Below are positions 19,435 to 30,380 of a stretch of DNA of 64,000 nt, piece by piece (within the stretch, counting starts at the first letter, position 1; each line of letters starts with the position of its first letter). The notes beneath the pieces were generated by a model that ran no database searches, was not told where the DNA came from, and saw only the letters and a program-made list of their open reading frames with translations. The translations under genes were made by a program, and so were the position numbers. Origin of the DNA: Dudresnaya verticillata (Eukaryota); contig OZ374566.1 in assembly GCA_977862235.1 (NCBI GenBank), forward strand, positions 558,001 through 622,000, in the 5' to 3' direction.

Positions 19435-21999
19435 ATGGCCTCACAAGCCGGCGCCATGGCCTCACAGGCACAATCCCAAGTGTCGCTCTCGCAGTCGCAA
19501 CAAGATGCCGTCACCGCGCCCTGGCGCGGAACAGTCAACATGATCCTGTCTACTGCCGGTTCCGGCAAGACCCTCACTCTTACGAGGCGCGCCGTCTGGA
19601 TAGCGAAGGAGCTGGTCCGCGAAGGAATTCCTCGCGCGAGGCTCTTGTGCGTATGTTTCAACAAGAGAGCCGCCACCGAGATGTTTGAGCGTATCCGCGA
19701 AGAGCTGGACAGCCTAAACCTCCATGAAAGCGTCTTCGTCACCACCCACGGCTTTTCGGTTCTCGAGAAGGTTACTATCGAGGTTCGTACGTTCCATGCC
19801 CTTGGCTTCTGGATTCTGCACACAGCCTCCCCTGCGGAGTGTGAGTCGATCGGCATAGGGACAGGAAGGCTCATGCTTCGCACTGGCAAGGAGCTCAATG
19901 CCATCGCCATGGAAGCCCTAAAGGAGGCAGGGGAAGTCACGGACTATATGTCACAAAGATCAGCGAACAGCTTCGCGGGGAAGATGGCACGGAATTTTTC
20001 GGACCAAAAGCGGCGTACCTGTGATGCGGAATGCGAAGCAATGTTTTCGAAAGACGGGCCCATGCCATCTCGAAGTCACGCGAAAGAAAACTGGAAGGCA
20101 TTCCAACTCTTCCAGGAACGCATGCGGGAGCAGAGCGCAATTGACTATAGTGATATGATCAGCAAAGCCGTGGAGATGGCTGCCAAGAACAAGAGTGTTC
20201 AGACTAGGCTGCAGCTGAGGTACTCAGCCGTGTTGGTGGACGAATTTCAAGATATGTCACCATCAAACTTCGTCCTATGCAAGTTTTTCGTGGATGGGAG
20301 CAAGTCGTTAACATTAGTCGGTGATGATGACCAAAGAATCTACTCGTTTAGGTCGTCCATGACCTGGATTTGCCATGAGAGAGTCGCTAGCTGCTTCCGA
20401 AAACAGCTCAAAATCTTCCGATTGCCAGAGAACAGGCGTTGCCCTGGTGCAGTTGTGAAGTCAGCAAATGCTGTTATTCGCCAGAACTCGCAAAGATATG
20501 AGAAGAACATCACACCTGTTTTGTCGGATGGCATCCCGGTTCGAGTTGTTGGCTGCAAATCTATGCAGTTACAGATTCAGTTCGTTGTTCAGCGGATCAA
20601 GGCACTGTTGCCGAGAGCTCAAAAGGCAGGTCATCAGATTCTAGTCCTCTTTCGCATCAATCAGATGTTGGAAATGTTCAAAAAGAAACTTAGGGCTGCA
20701 GGTGTAAAGACTTCTGGTATCATTGCGCCGCCTGTCGCAGCAGAACCGTTGGGTCCCAAGACGTTGGCGATTTCTGCGCTGATACTTATGATGTCAAGAA
20801 CGGTGGATAGAGATACATTTGTATGGGCTGCGACGACAGTTTCTCCTGCTCTGGATAGAAATCTTATTACGGAGATCTGTGACGAAGACGAACAAGCAAT
20901 GCGAAGCGATGCACGTGAATCCAATGAAATTAGCGAGGCTGGGGACGGAGAGACTGAAATGGATACCCCTCGCCAGGAAAAGTCATACCCTGCGCCCTTT
21001 CTCGACAAATTGTTATCATGGTTTACGCAACGCAGGGACGCTCCTGGCACCAGTACTAATGTCCCTGGCATTGATTCCGTACGAGCTCTGTTAACCTTCA
21101 CAGATGGGTTGCTGAACCAAATGCGAAGCGTTTCCAGTATGGAAGACTTAGTGCAACGGGCAGATGCGGTTCTGTCCTCTGACCATCTCGACACTCATGC
21201 TGCGTATCCGGAGGAGCTTGGCAGTCAACAGTCTGAAGCAGATGTTGAAGAGGCAAAGAATGCCGAAAAGGCCGGATATAGTCTCTTAATTAGCGCTGCA
21301 CAGGCAATTGATCAGCCGTCTGAACTGGAAAAGCTGGTGACACTTCAGCGAAGCCTATCAAGTCCGAAAGGTCCATCCAGTATCGCCGATGACGATGCCG
21401 AGGACTTTTCGTTGCTCTTCTCCCAGGACGAAAAGTCAAGAGCAGTGAAGCGGCGGAAAATACTCGGTGTCCGTCCCCAGCTAGCACACAACAGCGGGAC
21501 AGGACAAGGAGACGTGATCAAGGAAAGACTGAACGGGTTTGCTCAAGAGCTGACTGACTTGTTAGTTTCCGACAAAGATATCTCGAGACCTTTGAGGAGA
21601 GGTCAGAGCACTGCAGTGCTGTCCACGATACATAGGGCAAAGGGTGCCCAGTCTGCCTACGTGTTTCTCTGTGGTGCGGACAAGAATAACTTGCCCAACG
21701 GCACTGCATGGTTGACGGAGCAGGGGGTGGGCATTGACCTGCAGAGTCCCCATGTGCAGGAAGAACGACGAATATTCTTTGTTGCTATGACAAGAACGCA
21801 GAAGGAGTTCACTTGCACTTATTCCATCCCGGAAATGATGGCAATGGGCGATGCGAAGGAGTGGCAGAGCCCTTTCGTGGCAGAAATGCTTGAAGGGATT
21901 AGGGAAGGGGGAGATGCTAACTGCGTCTCCGAGTTTCTGGTAGAAAACCAAGCTGAACTGCAGACTGTTATGACCAGGCTACAAGATAGCAAGGCATAA
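19435..21999 (+). CDS. UvrD/Rep/Srs2-like SF1 DNA helicase
   Basis: Motifs AGSGKT, VDEFQD, VGDDDQRIYSFR, ENRRC, STIHRAKG and EERRIFFVAMTR; first ATG at 19435. Confidence 0.95.
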   Translation: MASQAGAMASQAQSQVSLSQSQQDAVTAPWRGTVNMILSTAGSGKTLTLTRRAVWIAKELVREGIPRARLLCVCFNKRAATEMFERIREELDSLNLHESVFVTTHGFSVLEKVTIEVRTFHALGFWILHTASPAECESIGIGTGRLMLRTGKELNAIAMEALKEAGEVTDYMSQRSANSFAGKMARNFSDQKRRTCDAECEAMFSKDGPMPSRSHAKENWKAFQLFQERMREQSAIDYSDMISKAVEMAAKNKSVQTRLQLRYSAVLVDEFQDMSPSNFVLCKFFVDGSKSLTLVGDDDQRIYSFRSSMTWICHERVASCFRKQLKIFRLPENRRCPGAVVKSANAVIRQNSQRYEKNITPVLSDGIPVRVVGCKSMQLQIQFVVQRIKALLPRAQKAGHQILVLFRINQMLEMFKKKLRAAGVKTSGIIAPPVAAEPLGPKTLAISALILMMSRTVDRDTFVWAATTVSPALDRNLITEICDEDEQAMRSDARESNEISEAGDGETEMDTPRQEKSYPAPFLDKLLSWFTQRRDAPGTSTNVPGIDSVRALLTFTDGLLNQMRSVSSMEDLVQRADAVLSSDHLDTHAAYPEELGSQQSEADVEEAKNAEKAGYSLLISAAQAIDQPSELEKLVTLQRSLSSPKGPSSIADDDAEDFSLLFSQDEKSRAVKRRKILGVRPQLAHNSGTGQGDVIKERLNGFAQELTDLLVSDKDISRPLRRGQSTAVLSTIHRAKGAQSAYVFLCGADKNNLPNGTAWLTEQGVGIDLQSPHVQEERRIFFVAMTRTQKEFTCTYSIPEMMAMGDAKEWQSPFVAEMLEGIREGGDANCVSEFLVENQAELQTVMTRLQDSKA

Positions 22000-22686
22000 C
22001 TGAGACTTTCTAATGTACCCTCGCTATCCTGTTTCAAGGAACTCCAGAATTGCATTTTCCTCAGACACTGCGTTTTGAACTTACGCCTTCGTCTTTGGTA
22101 TTTGGTGTACTACTGTAGTACAATAAGTGCGATGGATCCGGAAAGGCCCGACGCATGCCCGAAGTGGCAAACAGAATGGTACAGTAGGAAGGGAGCAAAT
22201 CCTCAAAGCTTCCCGTATCGGGACACGTGCCAATCGTGGATAGCTGCAGCGAATTGCAGTTCATACCTAGCGTCTTCCGTGGTCCGGTCATGCAACAAGC
22301 TCCCGTTCCTCTGCCTGGGAAGGCCTTATGGAGTGAGCTGTAGAGCAGATTCTTCCCGGGATGGTCCTGCGAGCATCAGGGCTTCATCGGGTGATCAGTT
22401 TGACATGGTGGGTCAGTACAGTGAGCAGGGTCTTGGATAGCAATGTCCGTTGTGTGCTTGCATGGTTTGGCTTTTTTGCAAAAATCTCAATGTTTTTGGA
22501 TCAGCTTCAGTTTCGGATGTCTTTTGAAGCTACCTTCGTACCGCTCTGGGCCCGTCGGCGACTGTTGCTAAGTCTGAAGTTCACTTTCTTGTCGTGCACG
22601 AGCTTAGCGCAGCTCTTACAAGCATATTGGTCCTCAGCAGTACTTGCTGGAGATGAACGAAGGGCGAGCAGAATATTCGTTACAGT

Positions 22687-23970
22687 ATGGGTCGAAAGCG
22701 AACTCGTAGGGGAGCAGAAAACCGAGGAAGCAAGAAACCACGCCCAGTTGGGAAAAAGCAAACTGAGACCGACCTCAACTACATATCAAAGCATGACTAC
22801 GTCGTCATAGGGAATTTTGTGTATGTGAGACCGTACGTCTTTGAGTTCCGGACCAATTTTAAGCCCAGGTGGAGGAATCGAACCATCTTCGAAGTATTTT
22901 GCTACGAGTTTAAGCACACAGATGCACAGTACTGGGAAAGGGAAGTAGCAGAAGGACGGATACTTGTCAGCGGAAAGCCGATTAAGAAGTGGACTCTATG
23001 GGATGATGGCATGGAGGTCGTTCATGTCATTCATAGGCATGAGTCTGCTGTGCTCTCAACTCCGATTGAGGTCGCGGCAGATGAAGAGGGATTCGTCGTT
23101 GTTTCCAAGCCCCCGTCAGTTCCGATCCACCCATGTGGAACATATCGCCGTAATTCGCTGCAGTTCATATTGAAGGCATTCTACGGGTTTGGAAATTTGC
23201 TGGCTGTTCATCGTTTGGACAAGGAGACATCTGGTCTTGTGATTCTTGCGAAAGACTCTGCTACAGCTGCCAAGTTCAGTGAAGAGATAAAACAGCATAA
23301 GGTCCAGAAAACGTATCTGGCGGAGGTTCATGGGATATTCCCCACGGATATTTCTGAATGCGTGGAGCCATTGCTTTGGGAAAAGCGCGAAATGCGAGGG
23401 TCCGTCAACCGTAATGGGCTCGAAGCAATGACTAGCTTCAAGCGGGTGTCCGTAGATGAAGCAAGAGGGACGAGTATTGTCGAATGCAGACCGCTGACGG
23501 GCCGAACTCATCAAATTCGGATCCACTTGGCCCATGTGGGGTATGCTATCGTAAATGACCCCATGTACGGTACGGGACGAGGAATAACATCCACAAGTTT
23601 AGCTTCCAAGAGCACCCAGGACCCACAGAAGATGACTTTGAATGACGTCGCGTTCAGAAGCGATGGGGGGATGCATCGCAGTTGCCGAACATATCTCGCG
23701 TCAGAGTGGTCAAAAGAGTCGCTCGAGCGCAACGGCAGGCACTTGTCATGCGCTGAGGAAGGCCAAGAATTGTCCTGCGGTAATTGCCCGCAGGTTACAA
23801 ACGCGAAGAATGTAGAAGTGCGACACATGTTTATACATCTACACGCATTGAAATATGAGTCCGAGAATTGGAGCTTTGAAGTGCCGCCACCTCCATGGAT
23901 ACACAGAAGCCAAACAGAGATCCGACCGGAAGGCTCAGGGAAGAGAGGAATGTTCTGCTCTATGTGTTGA
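22687..23970 (+). CDS. RluA-family RNA pseudouridine synthase (PUS9/RPUSD2-like)
   Basis: KPPSVPIHPCG, catalytic HRLDKETSG, KTYLAEVHG, TGRTHQIRIHL, NDPMYG, HLHA. Confidence 0.95.
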   Translation: MGRKRTRRGAENRGSKKPRPVGKKQTETDLNYISKHDYVVIGNFVYVRPYVFEFRTNFKPRWRNRTIFEVFCYEFKHTDAQYWEREVAEGRILVSGKPIKKWTLWDDGMEVVHVIHRHESAVLSTPIEVAADEEGFVVVSKPPSVPIHPCGTYRRNSLQFILKAFYGFGNLLAVHRLDKETSGLVILAKDSATAAKFSEEIKQHKVQKTYLAEVHGIFPTDISECVEPLLWEKREMRGSVNRNGLEAMTSFKRVSVDEARGTSIVECRPLTGRTHQIRIHLAHVGYAIVNDPMYGTGRGITSTSLASKSTQDPQKMTLNDVAFRSDGGMHRSCRTYLASEWSKESLERNGRHLSCAEEGQELSCGNCPQVTNAKNVEVRHMFIHLHALKYESENWSFEVPPPPWIHRSQTEIRPEGSGKRGMFCSMC

Positions 23971-23991
23971 GCGTTGCGCAGAATTTCAGGC

Positions 23992-24764
23992 TCATTCAGG
24001 GCACATTAGAGATTCGGCAGTTGGAACACCAGTTTTTCGGTTAACTCCTGACGCAACTTTGCAGAGTTTCAGCGCTGTGGCTTTCCCTAACAAGCTGTCT
24101 GTAAAGTCCGCTCCCTCTATATCAGCTCCATCAAATAAAGCGCTGACGAGATTGGCATTGCTCAAATCTGAGAGAGTGTCAGAATCTTACGGGGAACAAA
24201 AGGGAGGTTTTAGCTGAGCACTAGGAGGCTGCGAGTACGAACCTGCATTTCGTAGTATGGACTTTTGAAACTTGGCGTTGGTGGCCATTGCATTGATTAA
24301 GGTGGCGCCTTCGAAGTTCGCACCTTGAAACTGCCACCGCGCAGGTCGAAGTCGGAAAATGAACCGTATGCATGTCACAAGTTAGTTTGAACTGACTTGC
24401 TACCCGATTACAAGAGGAGCCCAAGTACTGAGTCCGTGAGGACACTTACATTTGCATCGTCAAGCTGCGCATTTGTCAGGTCAGATCCTGCGAATGAGGC
24501 CCCTTTGCAATTGGCCTTTGAGAAGATAGAACCTTTCAAGTCCGATCGGTTTGAAAAGTTGGCCCCAGCGAGACTTTGGTCGTGGTCGAAAACAAGAGGC
24601 GAATCGTTGGCTAATGTTGTTATAGGCGACAGAGTGGCGACCGAAACCATTAGTGCAACTGCCGGAGGGGCTAGCAACTTCACAACCCCGTCGAGATTGC
24701 ATCTTGGAGTAGTTGCTGCCTGGATTTTGGCCATTTGAGGTGGCCAGAAGTTGGCGAAGGCCAT
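23992..24764 (-). CDS. Pentapeptide-repeat protein, thylakoid-lumen type; 3 exons
   Basis: Exons 24764-24450, 24330-24243 and 24167-23992 (GT-AG introns) give 192 aa with A(D/N)LXX-type repeats and a C-terminus LCKVASGVNRKTGVPTAESLMCPE like lumenal TL15/TL17/TL20 proteins; MAF start and a signal ending TLA. Confidence 0.9.
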
Positions 24765-25273
24765 TTCAGTCAAGCTCTGGAACACGTGATACTCTCTTTT
24801 GCTCTATAGCCAGTGCGACACGGCTCGGGTCTTGCCGATTGTTGCCTCTTGTTCCACACAGGTTTTCAAGCGAGCAGAAAGTCTTCCAGGAGCTCTTCTG
24901 GATGCGTTGTTGAACTATTTCCTCTCCACTTCCCTAGCTTAAATTGCAAGAGATGTTCCTTCAGCAGCGGAGCACTTTGTGTGGCTAGGGCGGCAACCCT
25001 GGAGCTGCCTGGAGCGCATATGGTGGGCACGCGGAGGCCGACTTTGCGCAGGGGTTCAAATGATTTTTTAGGTGATTTTATTTGCCCATCTCGAGGCAGC
25101 GACAATGTTGTTGGCGTTTGATCTCCAACGGGAGATAGCACTAGGGATTACCAGTCGTTCGAGCTGCAAAACGCAGACGACAAGAGGTGGTCGTCGTCGG
25201 GACGAGTGCAGGACTCCTGTTCTCCGGATTGAATAGCTGCTTCAGCGACACCTCTTTTGATCAACTTCTTTCA

Positions 25274-26218
25274 ATGATTTCTCCGTGCTTCGTCCAAAAT
25301 GCGGTGTACCTGCGTCGCCGTGGACAGTCCGCAACCTTGGCAATTGCGTCATCACCCTTCCGGGGCAACCGTCTGCAAGTTTCCACCCTTTCTATGCTCC
25401 GAAGCCGACTATATACGAGACCCATGGAAAAGATTGACTACATGCAGACATCGACAATTCGCATGGAATCGGACTCAAGCTCAGTCTCTCCCGTGACACG
25501 AGTTGTGGCCGGTGCGCTTGTTCTCGGTCTTATTTTGACTACGTTTCTTCCGCTCGCTGGCGTTTTTCGAAATGCTGGTACAGACAACGGAAGTGCCGTT
25601 GCGGATTCGCAGCTCGGCAAAGTTCCTGTCTTCACAGTTACAGATGAAACTGGTCGGCCTTATCTGTCCGAAACAGAAGACCATCGACTACGGAGAGGAT
25701 ATTTTTTTATCCAGCCGGCTGATGCGCAAAAGTATCTCGAACTGGTTAGGAAGGACGAGGCAAATGCAAAAGTTCTTACAATAGGACTCAATGAAGCCAT
25801 GAAGGTTTTGGAGAGGTCTAGTCCAGCTAAATCTATCCCAGAGCGATTCGAGATCTTCCCTGATGAACACGAGGCAGAAATAGCACAGACAGTTACCGAT
25901 GGTGCATTCCAGAGCACCTTCGGCCCTTCTGCAGTACCTATTTTCTTTATCGATGGTCTAGGTATTAAGGACAGCAAAGAAGGGGCAACAGTATTTCCAC
26001 TCTTCTTCGAGAAAGAAAAGTTAGATGAAACCTTGGAGGATCTGAAGAGAACGGATCCGAAGGCTTCGCTCGATGGCAAGGATGTCCAAGTCATTGATCT
26101 TACTCAAACTCTACGAGAAATTCGCACGGGTGGCAACCCGCGGCTCAACCGTGTCGTTTTCATTCCACTTTCCGAAGCTTTGAAAGCGATGAAATCTACA
26201 GCAGCGGAGGCGAGCTAA
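25274..26218 (+). CDS. TIC22: Tic22-family plastid protein-import component
   Basis: LGKVPVFTVTDETGRPYL, GYFFIQPADAQKYL, AKVLTIGLNEA, VPIFF, PLFFEKEKL; N-terminal transit-like sequence. Confidence 0.88.
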   Translation: MISPCFVQNAVYLRRRGQSATLAIASSPFRGNRLQVSTLSMLRSRLYTRPMEKIDYMQTSTIRMESDSSSVSPVTRVVAGALVLGLILTTFLPLAGVFRNAGTDNGSAVADSQLGKVPVFTVTDETGRPYLSETEDHRLRRGYFFIQPADAQKYLELVRKDEANAKVLTIGLNEAMKVLERSSPAKSIPERFEIFPDEHEAEIAQTVTDGAFQSTFGPSAVPIFFIDGLGIKDSKEGATVFPLFFEKEKLDETLEDLKRTDPKASLDGKDVQVIDLTQTLREIRTGGNPRLNRVVFIPLSEALKAMKSTAAEAS

Positions 26219-26573
26219 TATGCCAATTCCGCTCACGTCGGTTTCCGGCGGCAGCCTTGACTGGCAGTAAAAGGCCTCGGTAAATAAAACCATGAAAAAA
26301 TTGCTGCACGAAATCGAAACATTCGTGCGACTCCGACAACTGGCGCCATGTTTCACGTTGCAAAATACGGCAGAGAAAGAATGCCTTTGGGTCTAGCATT
26401 TGTCGGGTCGAGAATATCGTTTGCAGAGTGCTTTGGAGGTCTAGGGAGCACGAACATAGCCTCTTTGCCTCTCTGCGGAGGCCGCAGAGGGGGAAAAGGA
26501 TTACAAGGAGACTAGGAGCATCATGTTCTTGTTATAGGATACAATTCCTACCTGTGATTGTCTGAAGCCAGGG

Positions 26574-29171
26574 ATGTCCACTCCAGTGAGGCGGCGACGC
26601 CGAAGTGAGGATCTGCGTCTATCTGCAGAGGATATTGATTCAGACGTTGAATCAGAAGGGCAGGTAAGTTCCGTCATACGGCTTCCTGGGGCGAAACTGC
26701 CGCCAGCACAAGACGAGTCTAGACTCCAGCAAGAGCCACCACCGCTTCCCCCAAAACCAGAATTCGCGCGTGGAGGGGCAAGCGCTCTTCGGGGGCCACC
26801 TCCTCCCCTACCACCCAAGCCAAGTGCTAGCTTTCTCAATCAGAGCACAGTAACACCGCCGCCGCTTCCACCGAAACCAGTGACGGGCTTGCCTACTCTT
26901 AACTCTGCGCCTCCACTACCTCCGAAACCTGATCATATTCGTGGCGAGGCACTAGTAGAGCTTTCGTTGAGAAGACAGACAGCCACGACTCCGACATCGA
27001 ATTTTGACGGAACTGATCCGTCGGAACACGCTCACAATGCGACTCTACCGCCGCCACCAACAAGGCCAGTTCCCGCCGTTCCTAGGTCTGATCGGAAGCC
27101 AAGCTATGGAGAGGATGGGTCGTGGGTTCCCAGCTACCTTGATGACCGCAGCCAACTTGACCCGCCACAGCCACCCGAGCCTACCATTATATCTGAGGGA
27201 GAACCAATTCGCAGTTCATTGGGAAATCTCGACGCGAGCACTCTTTCGCTCTCAGACCAGGTTCCAAATCTGACTCTGCCACTTCCACCACCCACTTTCA
27301 CTGCGCAAAACCAACACTTGTCATCTCTGTTCCCTCCCGTTCCAACGCACAATGCTGAAGGTCGTGGGCTTTCTGATAACTTCATATTTCTTTCGATTGA
27401 GAGCGCAGAGGATTCCAATATAGGTGCAATAATGCTTAGTCGCGAGCGCCTCAAGAGGAAACACCTCCCTGTTCGGCTGAGACCATCTCCAATTCAGTGG
27501 CGTCCCTACGTAGCACAGGAACCTGGAGGAGAAGCATGGAGTGTTTTGCACGAATACCTCACGAACAGTACGTTGAAGGCACATGGAAGAAACCGCGCAT
27601 TGCAGCTCCTAACGGGTTACGTTGTCGGTGCGTGTCTGGAAAGCAGGGAGACAGGGATTGGCATCTTGTCTGAAATCGTACGACGGATGCGTGGAGCTGA
27701 GAGGAGTGAACGCGACGGTTCGATTTTCACATTGTTGATCAACATTGCAGCACATGCAAGCTTTGTCCGAAAGTCATCATGGGCGTCTGTGGAAGAAGTT
27801 GCTCGAAAAGTCTTCTCAGATGTTGTGGAGGAAATGCATGGTCGTCAGGATGATGATGTGATGTGGGAGCGTGCTCTTCGGTGTTTCTTACTTCTGCTCA
27901 AGGCTAGCAACCAACGCCCATGCGATCAAATATCTTCTAGGTGCCTAACAGCGCTTGCTCTTCATGTCGGTGAATTCACTCACGGCGATGTACATCATGT
28001 GCTTGTCACCGAGGGGATCTGCTCTCGCATCCAGGGTCCACGCGATGAGAAAGCCCCATCTGTGGGAATAGACTTCACTTGTCTGGAGGAAATCGGGGGA
28101 CTACAAACAGTGCTTACTCTCTTTGCCGACACTATATCTGTGTCTTCGAGACACGCTCTATTCCGAGTCATTTATGATATTGCTGTGATGTCGTACTTGG
28201 AGAGCGTACCGGAGAACGAGGTCGAAATTCTAAGAGACCACATTGTCACGCTCCGGGCTCTGTTTGAGGCATTCGAATTTTCAGACTGTTTCGTCCACGC
28301 TTGCCGAGTGGGACCTGTTCCAGAATTCATAATGGATGTTGTTAGAATGCTTTTGTTTGATCCATTGACTGGGGAATCCCTGAGTTCTTTATCAGTACCA
28401 AGCACAGAAGAACGCGAAGGGACTGGCAAACGTGTGTTGCAAGAAAAGACTGAAAGCAACTCGTTGAGTGAAACAAGACTGAGTGGCACCCTGGGGCGGC
28501 AGTATCGATCCTCAGCATCAAAGCATGTCCTTTCTATTAGTGCCCTAGTACGACTACTTGACAAACCGTTTTGTCTAAAGGTTGTTCAGCAGCTTGAAAA
28601 TATGTCGACCCGGCAAGCTAAACTAGTATCACAACGGGAGTCATTGCACTTCCCTCGGGAATGGAAGATTTTTTGTGAAATGGAAAAGACGATACAATCA
28701 TTCATCTTCCAGAAAGACATTGATACAGGGAACTCTGTTGATGGAGTTTTATCAAGCATCTACTCGTCAGTAGTGGATCTGACATCAGGACGATCAAGCC
28801 TCAGGAGTATTATGCACATGGCTGAGATCATTATCGACTTCTTCACCGTGAAGCCGCCTTTTTCGAAGCAAAGAGGGATAATGCCAGTACCTATTGTTGA
28901 CTCTGCTGCAAAGCTGTTCCTTAAGGGCCGACTTATCGTATCAAAGAAGCTCTTGAGCCAAGCTAACCCTTCTATATTTACTTTATTGTTGGTAAGCAGT
29001 ACGACTAAAACACCACGGCGACGCGTGTCTGAGTGTCGCCAGTGCCTTGTGGAGTTTCTTGGATCTCAGAGAGGAGCAGAGCTACTCCAACCATTTGCTG
29101 ATGACGAGGACGCAGCAGTGGCATACAGAGCAGCGGAGTTAGTCAGCAGGTGCGCAGATGTTAAGAGGTGA
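26574..29171 (+). CDS. Hypothetical protein: Pro-rich N-terminus with 4x PPLPPKP and a helical (ARM/HEAT-like) C-terminal region
   Basis: 865-aa ORF; repeated PPLPPKP at about 26735-26933; amphipathic helical C-terminal two-thirds ending DDEDAAVAYRAA. Confidence 0.85.
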   Translation: MSTPVRRRRRSEDLRLSAEDIDSDVESEGQVSSVIRLPGAKLPPAQDESRLQQEPPPLPPKPEFARGGASALRGPPPPLPPKPSASFLNQSTVTPPPLPPKPVTGLPTLNSAPPLPPKPDHIRGEALVELSLRRQTATTPTSNFDGTDPSEHAHNATLPPPPTRPVPAVPRSDRKPSYGEDGSWVPSYLDDRSQLDPPQPPEPTIISEGEPIRSSLGNLDASTLSLSDQVPNLTLPLPPPTFTAQNQHLSSLFPPVPTHNAEGRGLSDNFIFLSIESAEDSNIGAIMLSRERLKRKHLPVRLRPSPIQWRPYVAQEPGGEAWSVLHEYLTNSTLKAHGRNRALQLLTGYVVGACLESRETGIGILSEIVRRMRGAERSERDGSIFTLLINIAAHASFVRKSSWASVEEVARKVFSDVVEEMHGRQDDDVMWERALRCFLLLLKASNQRPCDQISSRCLTALALHVGEFTHGDVHHVLVTEGICSRIQGPRDEKAPSVGIDFTCLEEIGGLQTVLTLFADTISVSSRHALFRVIYDIAVMSYLESVPENEVEILRDHIVTLRALFEAFEFSDCFVHACRVGPVPEFIMDVVRMLLFDPLTGESLSSLSVPSTEEREGTGKRVLQEKTESNSLSETRLSGTLGRQYRSSASKHVLSISALVRLLDKPFCLKVVQQLENMSTRQAKLVSQRESLHFPREWKIFCEMEKTIQSFIFQKDIDTGNSVDGVLSSIYSSVVDLTSGRSSLRSIMHMAEIIIDFFTVKPPFSKQRGIMPVPIVDSAAKLFLKGRLIVSKKLLSQANPSIFTLLLVSSTTKTPRRRVSECRQCLVEFLGSQRGAELLQPFADDEDAAVAYRAAELVSRCADVKR

Positions 29172-29321
29172 CAGCACATATCTAATACGGGGTACAGGTG
29201 GACGCTGTCATTGCAAACCAATCGATGGTGTGTGGAACAGAAGATAGAGTGGACATCGAGCTAGGATTTTCACGATGCCGTCAACCCCATTACAAGCCCA
29301 GTGACTTTATCAGAACCAAAA

Positions 29322-30380
29322 TCAGACTAGGTCTATTGTTCTCCTTGTGTACCATACAAGGTCAGCGACATTTCGTTCAGGGCCCGATATATCCGGCATT
29401 GGCATCCCGCGGTCGGTTACCCATGGCACAGGTCGTGGAACTACGGTATACGGGCGCTGGTTGCATCTCTTCTCAATTCGATCCGGAAATCCGTTCCTTC
29501 CCTCGACATGACCGGATCCGATAAGCGCTACCATTCTGGTTCCAGGCCGGTCCCGCAGTGAAAAGGCAACTGATTGACTCATCCATTCCTCCCAAAGAAC
29601 CTGGGCTTGGTAGAACCTGTCAAATGCCTTCGAACTACCGGTCAAATCAAGGTGCGAATCGCCAGCACCCATCATAAGTCTGAAGTGACGATAGTGCTCT
29701 TCATTATCTACATCCATGTTGTCCGGTAGGCACTTTTGCAATGATTCTGGTAGTCCTTCGAAGCCCACCCTGCCTACCGCATGCACAAACGGATAAGGAA
29801 CGTTCAGTCCGACCATAGGCAGACGATGTATGCGACAATACTCAAATATAGGAATATAAAGCTTCGGATCGAAGCCCCAGGTGTTCTCCCAGTTCGTCTT
29901 CTTCAGCAATCCCGATAGCGAAATTTCCCCCCTGACGTACTGGTCAAGGTAAACATCATGCATCCGGTAGAACTGTTCGAAGCCGACGGTCAGCGGCATT
30001 CCGTCCGGAAGACGCCGGGCACTATCAATTACAGCGAGCTGAGCGGCGTGAGTGCGCGCATTATCGTGTACCTCAGCCGCAACGATGCAGCGGTCGAAAG
30101 CAGAACCTACATCACGGCGAAGCAGTGTGGATACAGCTGTGGACGGGACAAAAGAACCGCTACGGGTGTCATAGAGACGATCGGAAGGTGGCTCCCGAGA
30201 ACTGGCAACGTCAGGAAGCAGAACAGCTGGTAGCACGGCCAGGCTGCGTAAAAGCCGTCGACGGGAAGCGGACGCAACCGTTTGAGTAGCACAGACAGTC
30301 TGGCATGTTCCGTATTGCTTTCGTGGTTGTTGAGCAGGCAACTTGGACACCGGCGTCGGCACCACGAACGCAAAGCACAT
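29322..30380 (-). CDS. ChaN/TIKI-superfamily (DUF399, RER5/6-like) protein, plastid-targeted
   Basis: AEVHDNARTHAAQL, VGFEQF, WENTWGFDPKLYIPIFEY, MVGLNVP, QAQVLWEEWMS, LIGSGHV; transit peptide (FAFV) and SRRRLL twin-Arg motif. Confidence 0.88.
   Translation of the reverse strand: MCFAFVVPTPVSKLPAQQPRKQYGTCQTVCATQTVASASRRRLLRSLAVLPAVLLPDVASSREPPSDRLYDTRSGSFVPSTAVSTLLRRDVGSAFDRCIVAAEVHDNARTHAAQLAVIDSARRLPDGMPLTVGFEQFYRMHDVYLDQYVRGEISLSGLLKKTNWENTWGFDPKLYIPIFEYCRIHRLPMVGLNVPYPFVHAVGRVGFEGLPESLQKCLPDNMDVDNEEHYRHFRLMMGAGDSHLDLTGSSKAFDRFYQAQVLWEEWMSQSVAFSLRDRPGTRMVALIGSGHVEGRNGFPDRIEKRCNQRPYTVVPRPVPWVTDRGMPMPDISGPERNVADLVWYTRRTIDLV

Noticed and set aside
26267..26275. Minus-strand GCCTTTTAC, the U5 snRNA loop I sequence
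   Set aside because: The flanks do not form the closing stem; it lies just after the Tic22 stop, so probably chance
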